A DNA stretch of 21,603 bases, taken from positions 1 through 21,603 of IMG/VR virus record IMGVR_UViG_3300033153_003603; one strand, 5' to 3'. Under the pieces are notes generated by a model, which saw only the letters and a list, made by a program, of their open reading frames with translations, was not told where the DNA came from and searched no databases. Position numbers and translations under genes: made by a program. Shown piece by piece: positions 1 through 8,068 of this stretch. The stretch comes from a virus. Each line of letters starts with the position of its first letter. Position 1 is the first letter of the stretch.

Positions 1-112
1 AATGGTAGACGCAAGGGCGACCGATTACCTCGTTGTACGCTATCGGGACTGGCTTGTATCAAGCCTTGGAAAAGCGAAACACGTATTGCAGGTTCGAATC
101 CTGCCTGTCGCA
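1..112 (+). tRNA. tRNA-like gene, 5' end outside the window; Leu-type D arm, canonical T arm, anticodon not assignable
   Basis: D-loop AATGGTAGACGC (1-12); T arm GCAGG-TTCGAAT-CCTGC (88-104); acceptor 3' strand CTGTCGC (105-111) plus discriminator A112; no encoded CCA. Putative anticodon stem AGGGC 14-18 / GCCTT 63-67 encloses 44 nt instead of 7. Confidence 0.55.
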
Positions 113-119
113 AAATTCA

Positions 120-412
120 TCTGCCATGTGCAGAAAGAGCTCGGGGTTCGTTAGACGTAACGAACGCTGGTGGCTTTTGCGGGATGTGCCGATAAACACC
201 CTGCTAAACGTCCTTCTGTGCTGATAAGTATCCTTGGGTACTTCCGCAAGGGTAGGTACAGGAGTCAAGCCCCACGTGGCTCAATGCCCTGGTACCCATT
301 GTGTGAGGGTGCTAGAGTACAGCACGGGTGAACGTCACTACCCGGTCACGTATGCAAAATCGTGTGTGAGTAGTGCGGTGACGGCACGAATCTTACCGTG
401 GGGCTTATTTTT
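120..412 (+). ncRNA. Candidate large structured non-coding RNA of unknown class
   Basis: About 54% GC by hand count versus about 30% in the following ORFs; many complementary segments including a perfect 10-bp long-range stem 267-276/397-406 followed by a T run; no convincing ORF. Strand inferred from the neighbouring tRNA-like gene, G-U wobbles and the 3' T run. Confidence 0.6.
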
Positions 413-450
413 TATGGAAGGTAAATAATCATGACAATAGGATAACAGCG

Positions 451-630
451 ATGGAATATGATAATCTACCAAGAGAATTAGAATGCCGAATTTTTAAGCG
501 GATAATGAAAATATTTGTTTATACGCACAGTGAAAATGCAATTAAAAGTATAGTCGAGGATGAAATTAAAAAATGGTATAAAGAGCAAGAAATTGTTTCT
601 GTTAAGAGTATCCATGATTGCTGGACATAA
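451..630 (+). CDS. Hypothetical protein, 59 aa (MEYDNLPRELECRIF...HDCWT), not in ORF track
   Basis: Read by hand: ATG 451, TAA 628-630, AGGA at 439-442. Confidence 0.6.
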   Translation: MEYDNLPRELECRIFKRIMKIFVYTHSENAIKSIVEDEIKKWYKEQEIVSVKSIHDCWT

Positions 631-652
631 CAAACAATGGAGGATATAAAAA

Positions 653-844
653 ATGAGAATATTAATTAACATTACAATTGAAAATGATAAAGGAAGAAAA
701 ATTAAGGAAGATAGCTATTTATTGCTTGAATACGATAGATATGACATACAGAGAATGATTTTAGACCGAAGCAATGTAACAGATATATATGAGTTTAAAC
801 TTATTGCAGAACGAGATAATTCCAAATTGCATGGGCTAGAATAG
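653..844 (+). CDS. Hypothetical protein, 63 aa
   Basis: GGAGGA RBS at 639-644; ORF in track. Confidence 0.7.
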   Translation: MRILINITIENDKGRKIKEDSYLLLEYDRYDIQRMILDRSNVTDIYEFKLIAERDNSKLHGLE

Positions 845-1051
845 ATGAAATTTATAGATGGAGCTATTTAATATGTGGCTATGGTTGGAGGCAAAAATGA
901 AAAAGAAACAAGACAAAATTCGTAATAATTACAAAAAGAAGTAAACAACAGGACAAACACTGTGTCGGTGACCAGTGCCTGTTGGAAATTCAACTAAGGG
1001 GGAAGTATAGCCTTTACCTGAGGAAGAAGATGTAGTGGTAGTGTACTCAAA

Positions 1052-1086
1052 AGCCCGCTGTCTATTAAAGATAGCGGGCTATTATT
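1052..1086. terminator. Strong hairpin, probable (possibly bidirectional) intrinsic terminator
   Basis: 12-bp stem AGCCCGCTGTCT 1052-1063 / AGATAGCGGGCT 1069-1080, loop ATTAA; followed by ATTATT on + and by TTTT on - strand. Confidence 0.7.
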
Positions 1087-1116
1087 AACGGTTAATCTAC
1101 ACAATTAAAAAAATTG

Positions 1117-1145
1117 TTGCTATAATTATTATATTGTTATATACT
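1117..1145 (+). promoter_or_regulatory. Sigma70/sigmaA-type promoter(s) upstream of the terminase operon
   Basis: TTGCTA (1117-1122)-N17-TATACT (1140-1145); an overlapping extended -10 TGcTATAAT at 1118-1126. Confidence 0.6.
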
Positions 1146-1202
1146 AATAGTACTATCAGTAAAACAATTAATAAACAGTATATAAACAAACAAGGTTGTA
1201 AC

Positions 1203-1490
1203 ATGCCGAGACAGTTTGTAAAAGGTGACCCTCGAATTAACCGCAAAGGTAGACCTAAAAAAGAGTTTACAATAACTGATAAAATACGACAGATAATCCA
1301 AGAAAAAGACCCGCAACTGAAAAAGACCTACCTTGAGATTTTTGCTAGTACCGTGATTAAACGTGCAATTAAAGGTGACCCGACGTGTGTAAAATTAGTA
1401 ATGCAGTATATCGATGGTATGCCTACTCAAAGAATAGAAATTAACGATAAACTTGAGGAAGCTATTGAAGCATTTAGAAATATTAAATAA
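1203..1490 (+). CDS. terS: Terminase small subunit-like protein (DUF5681-like N-terminus), 95 aa
   Basis: N-terminal FVKGDPRINRKGRPK resembles the F.kG...N..GRPK motif; directly upstream of terL. Start moved from 1134 to ATG 1203 because the extension overlaps the promoter. Confidence 0.75.
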   Translation: MPRQFVKGDPRINRKGRPKKEFTITDKIRQIIQEKDPQLKKTYLEIFASTVIKRAIKGDPTCVKLVMQYIDGMPTQRIEINDKLEEAIEAFRNIK

Positions 1491-1503
1491 AGAATAAATT
1501 GAT

Positions 1504-2760
1504 GTGGATTATACAGAAAAGCAGAAAGAAATCATCCGGCACGAGAATAGGCATAAGCCACTTATTACGATTTGCGAGGGTGCGGTTCGGTCTGGTAAAA
1601 CAATCATTAATATTGATCTATTCAACATACATATAGCCGAGAAACGATACAAACACGTTGACTATATTATCACCGGTTATACGATAGGATCGATTGAAAG
1701 AAACGTTATAAAGCCGTGGTCGGAAAGATGGGGGATAAGGCTAAGGTTAGATCAGCATAATCGTTTCGAGCTGTATGGTAATAGAGTAAACTGCTTTGGT
1801 GCTGATAAAGGCGATAGTTACAAACACATGACAGGGTTAACCTCGTATGGGTGGTACGGTACTGAGGTAACACTACAGAACTCGAATACGATAAATGAGG
1901 CGTTTGACAGAACGAGCGGTGATGGGTACAGGATATTCTGGGATATGAACCCGGATTACCCAGAACACCCGATAAAGATTAATTATATCAATCGGTCGGG
2001 TGAGAAACTACAAACAGGCCGGGAGCGAATAAAGGCATGGCATTTTCAGTTAGAGGATAACACGTTTCTAACTGGTGAGTATATAGAGAATCTTAAAAAG
2101 TCGACCCCCAGCGGTGTATGGTATGATCGGAGAATCAAAGGGTTATGGGTTGCCGCTGAAGGGCTTGTGTATGAGGACTGGAATCCGGAGGTACATCTTG
2201 TCGAGCCGTTTAAGATACCCGATGAGTGGCAACGGGTAATCGGTATTGATTGGGGATATACGAATCCTTTTGTTGCGTTGTGGGGTGCTGTTGATCCGGA
2301 CGGAAGACTGTATATCTACCGAGAATATTATAAGAACCAGGTACTGATTAGGGAACATGCAAAGAAGTTACACAGGATGGCGTACCAGGATGGCTGGAAG
2401 GATGAGAAAGGAAAACATTCTCGTGAATACATATTCAATGTTGCTGACCATGATGCGCAGGATAATGCGGAATTAAAAAAGTACGGAATTAATACAAGGC
2501 CGGCGCAGAAGGATGTACAAATCGGTATACAGAAAGTAGCGGAAAGATTGAAGGTTCGGAAAGACGGAAAACCCCGATTAATGATATTCCGGGATTGTGT
2601 TAATCTTAAAAGAGAAATGGGTATGTATCGATGGACAGAACGGAAAGAGGGAAAACCCGTAAAAGAAGAGCCACTAAAAGTTGATGACCACGGGCCGGAT
2701 GCGTTAAGGTATATGGTAATGGAACTTGATAATGAGAGATCACATGGTATATATATCTAA
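1504..2760 (+). CDS. terL: Terminase large subunit (PBSX-like)
   Basis: Walker A GAVRSGKT, motif DMNP, nuclease motifs GIDWGYTNP and DDHGPDALRY; GTG start. Confidence 0.95.
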   Translation: MDYTEKQKEIIRHENRHKPLITICEGAVRSGKTIINIDLFNIHIAEKRYKHVDYIITGYTIGSIERNVIKPWSERWGIRLRLDQHNRFELYGNRVNCFGADKGDSYKHMTGLTSYGWYGTEVTLQNSNTINEAFDRTSGDGYRIFWDMNPDYPEHPIKINYINRSGEKLQTGRERIKAWHFQLEDNTFLTGEYIENLKKSTPSGVWYDRRIKGLWVAAEGLVYEDWNPEVHLVEPFKIPDEWQRVIGIDWGYTNPFVALWGAVDPDGRLYIYREYYKNQVLIREHAKKLHRMAYQDGWKDEKGKHSREYIFNVADHDAQDNAELKKYGINTRPAQKDVQIGIQKVAERLKVRKDGKPRLMIFRDCVNLKREMGMYRWTERKEGKPVKEEPLKVDDHGPDALRYMVMELDNERSHGIYI

Positions 2761-2778
2761 TTATAGCAGGGCGAGAAT

Positions 2779-4083
2779 ATGGGAATAAAGAACAGATTAA
2801 TGACGATATTCAGAAGACAAGAAAGGAAACAGGATGGGAAAGCTATTGGTGCAGGATGGAATCAGGTAGCAACGGTTATGCCGCAGGGTGATACTTTTCT
2901 GCACTTCCTGAGTTTGGCGAGTGAAGAGGATTATCCACAGTACATAAGAATACAAGACCCGTACCTTGATAATTCATGGGTATTTGCAGCAATACAGGTT
3001 ATGGCAATTAACATGGCGCAGGTACCTTTTAAACTTTATAACGGTGAGAATGAGATCGAGGAAAGCGGGCAATATATGTGGTTGTGGAGGCTTTTTAACA
3101 ATGTTGCGCCTTATTACAATCGGTATGCTTTGATCGAGAGTATACCGTTGTGGCTGTCGTTAAGGGGCGAAGTATTTTGGAGAATAATTCGGAGTGATCT
3201 AACTGGGCGGACACCGACAAGAATACGAATATTAGAGCCCGATTATATGCGGGAAATTGTACGGGATGGTGAAATCGTACAATGGGTGTATGAGCCTGTT
3301 AGAGGAAATAAAGATTTTATCGATCCGATAGATATAATACAATTCAAATACTACAATCCGTACAATCGATTCAGGGGATTGTCACCGTTGACGGCGGCAA
3401 TGCTTGGGTTGCATATCGATTATTCGGCCGCCGCTTTCAACTATTACTTCTTCAATAACCAGGCGACACCGGGCGGTGTTCTCACAACCCCTTCAGAAAC
3501 AATTACCGACAAAGAAAAGGATGCTATTGAATTACGATGGAAAAAGAAACATCGGGGGCTGAAGCGTACCGGGATAATGGCGGTGTTAAGCCATGGTGCG
3601 AAGTACGAGCAGATATCACTTGCACAAAAAGACATTGAGTATATCAATCAAAAGAAATGGGCAAGAGAAGAAGTATTTGCTGTGTTAATGGTTCCGCCGG
3701 CGTTGTGTCAGGTTCTCGAATACGCGTCGATAAAATCAAACATTAAAGAGCAGAGAATACAACTTTACGAGAACAATCTCATACCGAAGATGAAGATGGT
3801 AGAGGATACATTAAGGACTGATTTCTTTGGTAGAGAAAAGCTGATGGGGATAATGGGACGGTTCGACCTTGAGCAGGTCGAGGCGTTGAAAGAAAACCTA
3901 ACAGAGAAAATCAAACATGCCCGGTTGTTATGGCAGATGGGATTTACAGCGAACGAGATAAATGAACGATTACAGTTAGGATTTGAGGATAAGCCGTGGC
4001 GGGATCAGTGGTGGACGACAGGAAACATGATGCCGATATCAGGGGATGGTTCAGAAAAAAGTGAAAGAGGCCAAAGAGACTAA
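2779..4083 (+). CDS. Portal protein, HK97 family
   Basis: Follows terL; motifs LSLRGEVF, IIQFKYYNP...RGLSP, FFNNQATPGGVL, VLMVPP; 434 aa. Confidence 0.92.
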   Translation: MGIKNRLMTIFRRQERKQDGKAIGAGWNQVATVMPQGDTFLHFLSLASEEDYPQYIRIQDPYLDNSWVFAAIQVMAINMAQVPFKLYNGENEIEESGQYMWLWRLFNNVAPYYNRYALIESIPLWLSLRGEVFWRIIRSDLTGRTPTRIRILEPDYMREIVRDGEIVQWVYEPVRGNKDFIDPIDIIQFKYYNPYNRFRGLSPLTAAMLGLHIDYSAAAFNYYFFNNQATPGGVLTTPSETITDKEKDAIELRWKKKHRGLKRTGIMAVLSHGAKYEQISLAQKDIEYINQKKWAREEVFAVLMVPPALCQVLEYASIKSNIKEQRIQLYENNLIPKMKMVEDTLRTDFFGREKLMGIMGRFDLEQVEALKENLTEKIKHARLLWQMGFTANEINERLQLGFEDKPWRDQWWTTGNMMPISGDGSEKSERGQRD

Positions 4084-4864
4084 AGATAAAATATTTGACA
4101 GGGAATATACGGAAGGCAAGAAGATATGGAAACGGTTAATACGTAGAGTAACACCGATTGAAAATGAATATGCAAAAAAGCTACAGGATTACTTTTACAA
4201 GATAAGGCAAGATGTATTGAGCAAGATACTTGGCGAAAAGAGTGTTCTGAAGAAAGAGATAAAAGCAGGTGGATATGATGTAAACGAATTATTGTTTTCA
4301 ACGGAATATGATGCTATAATACAAGAAATAAGCAGGGGTAGTTTTGAGAAAGCGTATAGTTTGGGAATTGAATCAGTTGGTATCGAGACGACATTCAGTT
4401 TGACAAATGTACGGGCAATTGGTTCGCTGTCAAAAAGAATTAGGGCGATAAAAGAAATAAACGAAACGGTAAGGGAGCAGTTGTTGACGACAATGCAACC
4501 TATACTGAAAGAGGGATTGCGAGAGGGTTTAGCGTATGATACAGTTGCAGGGAAACTGGCAGAAGCGGCGAGAGGGGTATTGAATAATGCACGGAATCGG
4601 GCGAAAACCATTGCTCGTACTGAGATAAATGGAGCTATGAATCAGGCAAGGTATGATACGATGAAAGAAACAGGAATAGAGAAACACCGGTGGACAACGA
4701 GCCTTGATACGAAAGTACGTGATAGTCATTTAATGCTTGAAGGACAGGTGCGGTCGGTAGATGAATATTTCGATAACGGGTTACAATTTCCGCACGATCC
4801 GGCGGGTGATCCGGCAGAAGTCATTAATTGCAGGTGTATAGCAGTACCGGTTACAAATGAATAA
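4046..4864 (+). CDS. Head morphogenesis protein, Mu gpF / SPP1 gp7 family
   Basis: RAKTIARTEI and C-terminal W...D.KVR.SH..L.G...PHDP...EVINCRC. Start could instead be GTG 4061. Confidence 0.9.
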   Translation: MVQKKVKEAKETKDKIFDREYTEGKKIWKRLIRRVTPIENEYAKKLQDYFYKIRQDVLSKILGEKSVLKKEIKAGGYDVNELLFSTEYDAIIQEISRGSFEKAYSLGIESVGIETTFSLTNVRAIGSLSKRIRAIKEINETVREQLLTTMQPILKEGLREGLAYDTVAGKLAEAARGVLNNARNRAKTIARTEINGAMNQARYDTMKETGIEKHRWTTSLDTKVRDSHLMLEGQVRSVDEYFDNGLQFPHDPAGDPAEVINCRCIAVPVTNE

Positions 4865-4891
4865 AAGAGAGAGAAAAAGGGGAAAATTAAA

Positions 4892-6082
4892 ATGGGAAAA
4901 ATAGAGAAAGCATTAGTTAAATGCGAGATTAAAAAAACAGGTGAGAACGAATATAGTTTTATAATGAGTGATGAGACCATTGACCGGGATGGTGAGATAA
5001 TAAAGGTCGATGGATGGGATATTAAAAACTACAAATCAAACAATATCCTGTTATGGGGACACAGGCATGATATTCCGGGAATTGGTGTTGTCGGTAAAGT
5101 GTTAAAAGAGGATGGGAAACTTGTTGCTAAAAAGGTTCGGTTCGCTTCGCCCGGTATTTATGAACTTGCCGATACGATACATGGATTGGTAGATGATGGG
5201 GTTCTGAAAGCTGTATCAGTAGGGTATATGCCAGTAGAGAGAGAATACCCGGAAATGGAAGATAATAATAAAAAGAAGAAGCCGAGAGTAGTAACGAATA
5301 AGGCTGAACTTTACGAATTGTCTATCGTGAACGTGGGATCGAATCCGAATGCATTGATGACGGTAAAATCGGCCGAGGCGAAAGCACAAAAAGGCTACAC
5401 AGGTGATCCGGCGCAATACCTCGTAGAGGTAATGAATAAGCGGGTGATAAGTTATGCGGGTGCTCACAGCGGTGGAACACCGAAAGCATCGAGAGATGCT
5501 GAATGGGACGCAGCGGCTGAAGTTTCAAAGGCCGATGTCGATGATCTTAAAATAATGTGTGCCTGGATGGATAGTGAAAATCCGGACATAAAATCAAGTT
5601 ACAAGTTTCCTCATCACAAAGCAAGCGGACAACATGCGGTTGTGTTCAGGGCCTGCGCAGCTGCTATTGCTGTTCTAAACGGCGCAAGAGGGGGAGCGAA
5701 TATTCCAAGCGCTGATAGGAAAGGGGTATATAATCATGTAGCAAAACATATCAGGGATGATTTCGATGCTGAACCTGCACCATTGAAGAGCATAGAGGAA
5801 ATCGAAAATGACCCGTATAATATTCTATTGAACGAAATCAATGTATTGAAAAATGAAATCAAAAATGACATTGAAGAGTTGAAAGAAGTATTGAAAGAAA
5901 ATGAAATGAAATGGCAGAGTAGGCTTGAGAGGGGTAAATACAATAGTATTCTGGCAGTGGATGATAAAATAGATAATACATCCGACAAAGCTGCAGAAAA
6001 ACAGAATAAAATAGGGTTATTGTTCAAAGAGCCTGCAACGCTAACGACAATCTTAAAAACAGGAGATGGTAAAAATGAGTGA
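4892..6082 (+). CDS. HK97-type prohead protease with inserted GARGG-motif domain and coiled-coil C-terminus
   Basis: IDRDGEII, catalytic-type LLWGH (His) and AVSVGY (Ser), ELSIVNVGSNPNAL; sits between MuF and capsid genes. Confidence 0.9.
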   Translation: MGKIEKALVKCEIKKTGENEYSFIMSDETIDRDGEIIKVDGWDIKNYKSNNILLWGHRHDIPGIGVVGKVLKEDGKLVAKKVRFASPGIYELADTIHGLVDDGVLKAVSVGYMPVEREYPEMEDNNKKKKPRVVTNKAELYELSIVNVGSNPNALMTVKSAEAKAQKGYTGDPAQYLVEVMNKRVISYAGAHSGGTPKASRDAEWDAAAEVSKADVDDLKIMCAWMDSENPDIKSSYKFPHHKASGQHAVVFRACAAAIAVLNGARGGANIPSADRKGVYNHVAKHIRDDFDAEPAPLKSIEEIENDPYNILLNEINVLKNEIKNDIEELKEVLKENEMKWQSRLERGKYNSILAVDDKIDNTSDKAAEKQNKIGLLFKEPATLTTILKTGDGKNE

Positions 6083-7352
6083 CTCAAATAAAAACATTTT
6101 CGCAATGATCGAGGACATGCGAAAGAAAGGTGAAAATGCTACAACTGAAGACCTCTGGAATGTCATTGAGGAAATGCAGAAAGGGCATGAGGACTATCAG
6201 CAAAAGAAAGATGCTGAAGTTGAGACATTGAACAAGACAATCGCAGAAATCATCGAGAAAGCGACAAAGGAAAAAGATAATCACCTAATCAAACCGCCAC
6301 AGAAAAACGGTGGATTCTTGAAGGCGGTTATGGATAACGACATGCTTGGTATTGAGAAATACGGCGGTCGATTTTCGAGGAAGGGTGATCCCTGGGATGA
6401 CAAGGACGATTGGAACAAGTTTATCGGTATGAATGACGCACAGCAGAAGGCGGCGCTTGGTACGGTTCTAAGGGGTGATGCTACTACTGGATCATATCTT
6501 GTACCTGCAGAATGGTACAGTGAAGTGATGAGGATTGCCGCGCAGACAAGCCAGATGATGGGTAAGGTAACGACAATACCGATGCCGGCGAGGACAATGT
6601 ATCTACCGACTGGTGGAACAGGGATTACTCTTGCATGGCCGAGTGATGAAACAACGGCTAAGAGTGAAACCAATCCTACTGTCGGACAGGAAACACTATC
6701 GGCGAAAACCTGTGCCGCATGGATGACATGGACTGAGGAACTCGAGGAAGATTCAATCGTGAATCTTGTACAGTATTTTCAGATGTTGTTCGGTGAGGCC
6801 TGGGCACAAGAGTTTGACAAACAGGTGCTTTATTCGAATGCATCACCGTTTACCGGGATTGCTTATGATAGCGGATGTTCAATCAGGAATATGGCGGCAG
6901 GCAAGACATCTTTTGCGGATGTTGAACTTGACGATTTGATCGACATGGAAAATGATATCTCAACGGCTGGTGGTGAAGGTGCACTCGTTAATGCTGTCTG
7001 GATTATGAGCAGATATACCTTCAATATTCTCAGGAAATTACGAACGGATGACGGAGAATATATCTATCAGAAGGCGGCAGATGGCGTACCGGCTACTATC
7101 TGGAATCGCCCGTATATTATCAGCGATCAGATGCCGGGTAGCTCGAGTGATGCGGTGGATACTCCGTTTCTGATTCTCGGAAATCCGAAATACGTTGCAC
7201 ATGGTGAGAGAGTTGGAATGGAGTTTAAGGTGTACCGCGATACGATTCGGAACGTAGACTATGACCAGATATTCTTGAGGTTCCGAATTCGGGCAGGTTT
7301 TGTTGTTGCTGTAGAAGAGGCTTTTGCAGTACTCGAAACAGCGGCAAGTTAA
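6075..7352 (+). CDS. Major capsid protein, HK97 fold, with N-terminal delta (scaffold) domain
   Basis: Charged helical N-terminus then GSYLVPAEW, LRKLRTDDGEYIYQ, TIWNRPYIISDQMP, IFLRFRIRAGF. AGGAG 6061-6065 favours ATG 6075 over 6066. Confidence 0.93.
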   Translation: MSDSNKNIFAMIEDMRKKGENATTEDLWNVIEEMQKGHEDYQQKKDAEVETLNKTIAEIIEKATKEKDNHLIKPPQKNGGFLKAVMDNDMLGIEKYGGRFSRKGDPWDDKDDWNKFIGMNDAQQKAALGTVLRGDATTGSYLVPAEWYSEVMRIAAQTSQMMGKVTTIPMPARTMYLPTGGTGITLAWPSDETTAKSETNPTVGQETLSAKTCAAWMTWTEELEEDSIVNLVQYFQMLFGEAWAQEFDKQVLYSNASPFTGIAYDSGCSIRNMAAGKTSFADVELDDLIDMENDISTAGGEGALVNAVWIMSRYTFNILRKLRTDDGEYIYQKAADGVPATIWNRPYIISDQMPGSSSDAVDTPFLILGNPKYVAHGERVGMEFKVYRDTIRNVDYDQIFLRFRIRAGFVVAVEEAFAVLETAAS

Positions 7353-7377
7353 TAGATGAGCGAATTGTTAATTCGCA

Positions 7378-7410
7378 GGGTTGAGGGGGCTCCGGCCCCC
7401 GATATTACCC
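7378..7410 (+). promoter_or_regulatory. Stable intercistronic hairpin after the capsid gene
   Basis: GGGGGC 7385-7390, loop TCCG (C-UNCG-G type), GCCCCC 7395-7400; outer GGGT/ACCC; no U tract. Confidence 0.6.
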
Positions 7411-7436
7411 CATCAAAATAAACGAGGTAAAGAAAA

Positions 7437-8033
7437 ATGTATGGAGCTTACATTTCAGGGTTCGTACCCGTTGATTATCACACAGAAAATGCGGGTACAG
7501 CGATTACTGAAGAGATTCAAGGACAGAACGGCAAAAGGCTTGCGTTGCTGGCATATGAAGTTGTAACAGATTCAACAGCACATACCTTGTTATTGATGCA
7601 CCCAGGTTCTTCAACAGGATCGAGGAATACAGCAAGTGCGGCGGCGTCGTCTGGACAAAAGGTGATTAATGTTACCAATACCCCGCTTGATCCTGCAGGA
7701 AATGCGGCGGCGCAAAATGATATTGTGGCATATCAGTGCACCGATGGTTCATGGGAGTTTAACACGATTGCATCCGTGTCAACGAAAGCAATCACCCACA
7801 GTACCAATCTTGCGAAAGCTGTTGCATCAGGTGCAAAATACAGAATATTCGGTGTTGCTGCTGATAATGCATCGCACCAGATTACCCTTACGGCGAGTAC
7901 GACCAACAGAAACGGCTATGTACCGATTACTGCGGTGAATCCGTATAAAGGTGATCCGTGGTACGTGTATATTGCCAATGCTACTGCTGCAAGCAAGATC
8001 ATGAACATGCTGCTTGCTTACATCAATAAGTAA
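7437..8033 (+). CDS. Probable capsid decoration/cement protein, 198 aa
   Basis: Immediately after capsid gene; Ala/Thr/Ser-rich, beta-strand-like; GAGG RBS. Function from synteny only. Confidence 0.5.
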   Translation: MYGAYISGFVPVDYHTENAGTAITEEIQGQNGKRLALLAYEVVTDSTAHTLLLMHPGSSTGSRNTASAAASSGQKVINVTNTPLDPAGNAAAQNDIVAYQCTDGSWEFNTIASVSTKAITHSTNLAKAVASGAKYRIFGVAADNASHQITLTASTTNRNGYVPITAVNPYKGDPWYVYIANATAASKIMNMLLAYINK

Positions 8034-8068
8034 GTAGTGCGGTCAAAAGGGAGACGAGAGGTAGTAAG

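Noticed and set aside
181-228. Hammerhead core (CTGATAAG) or HDV/theta-like ribozyme (GCTAA before a stem pairing 181-187/208-214)
   Set aside because: CUGAUAA does not match CUGANGA; only 15 nt lie between the putative P2 strand and J4/2, too few for P3, P1 and P4.
367-392. Group II intron domain V look-alike
   Set aside because: No AGC/CGC triad in register, no AC bulge, no intron ORF or other domains.
1-412. tmRNA (one- or two-piece), tRNA-Sec, RNase P or SRP RNA
   Set aside because: No G3-U70 alanine identity (position 70 is C), D-T distance too short, no TCA in a proper loop, and no RNase P or SRP signature found.
33-428. Track ORFs 33-224, 59-268 (-) and 234-428 as proteins
   Set aside because: No good RBS, no recognisable motif, and they overlap the tRNA-like and structured RNA elements.
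7381-7938. Alternate-frame + ORFs 7381-7566 and 7669-7938
   Set aside because: Overlap the 7437-8033 gene, lack RBS and recognisable features.
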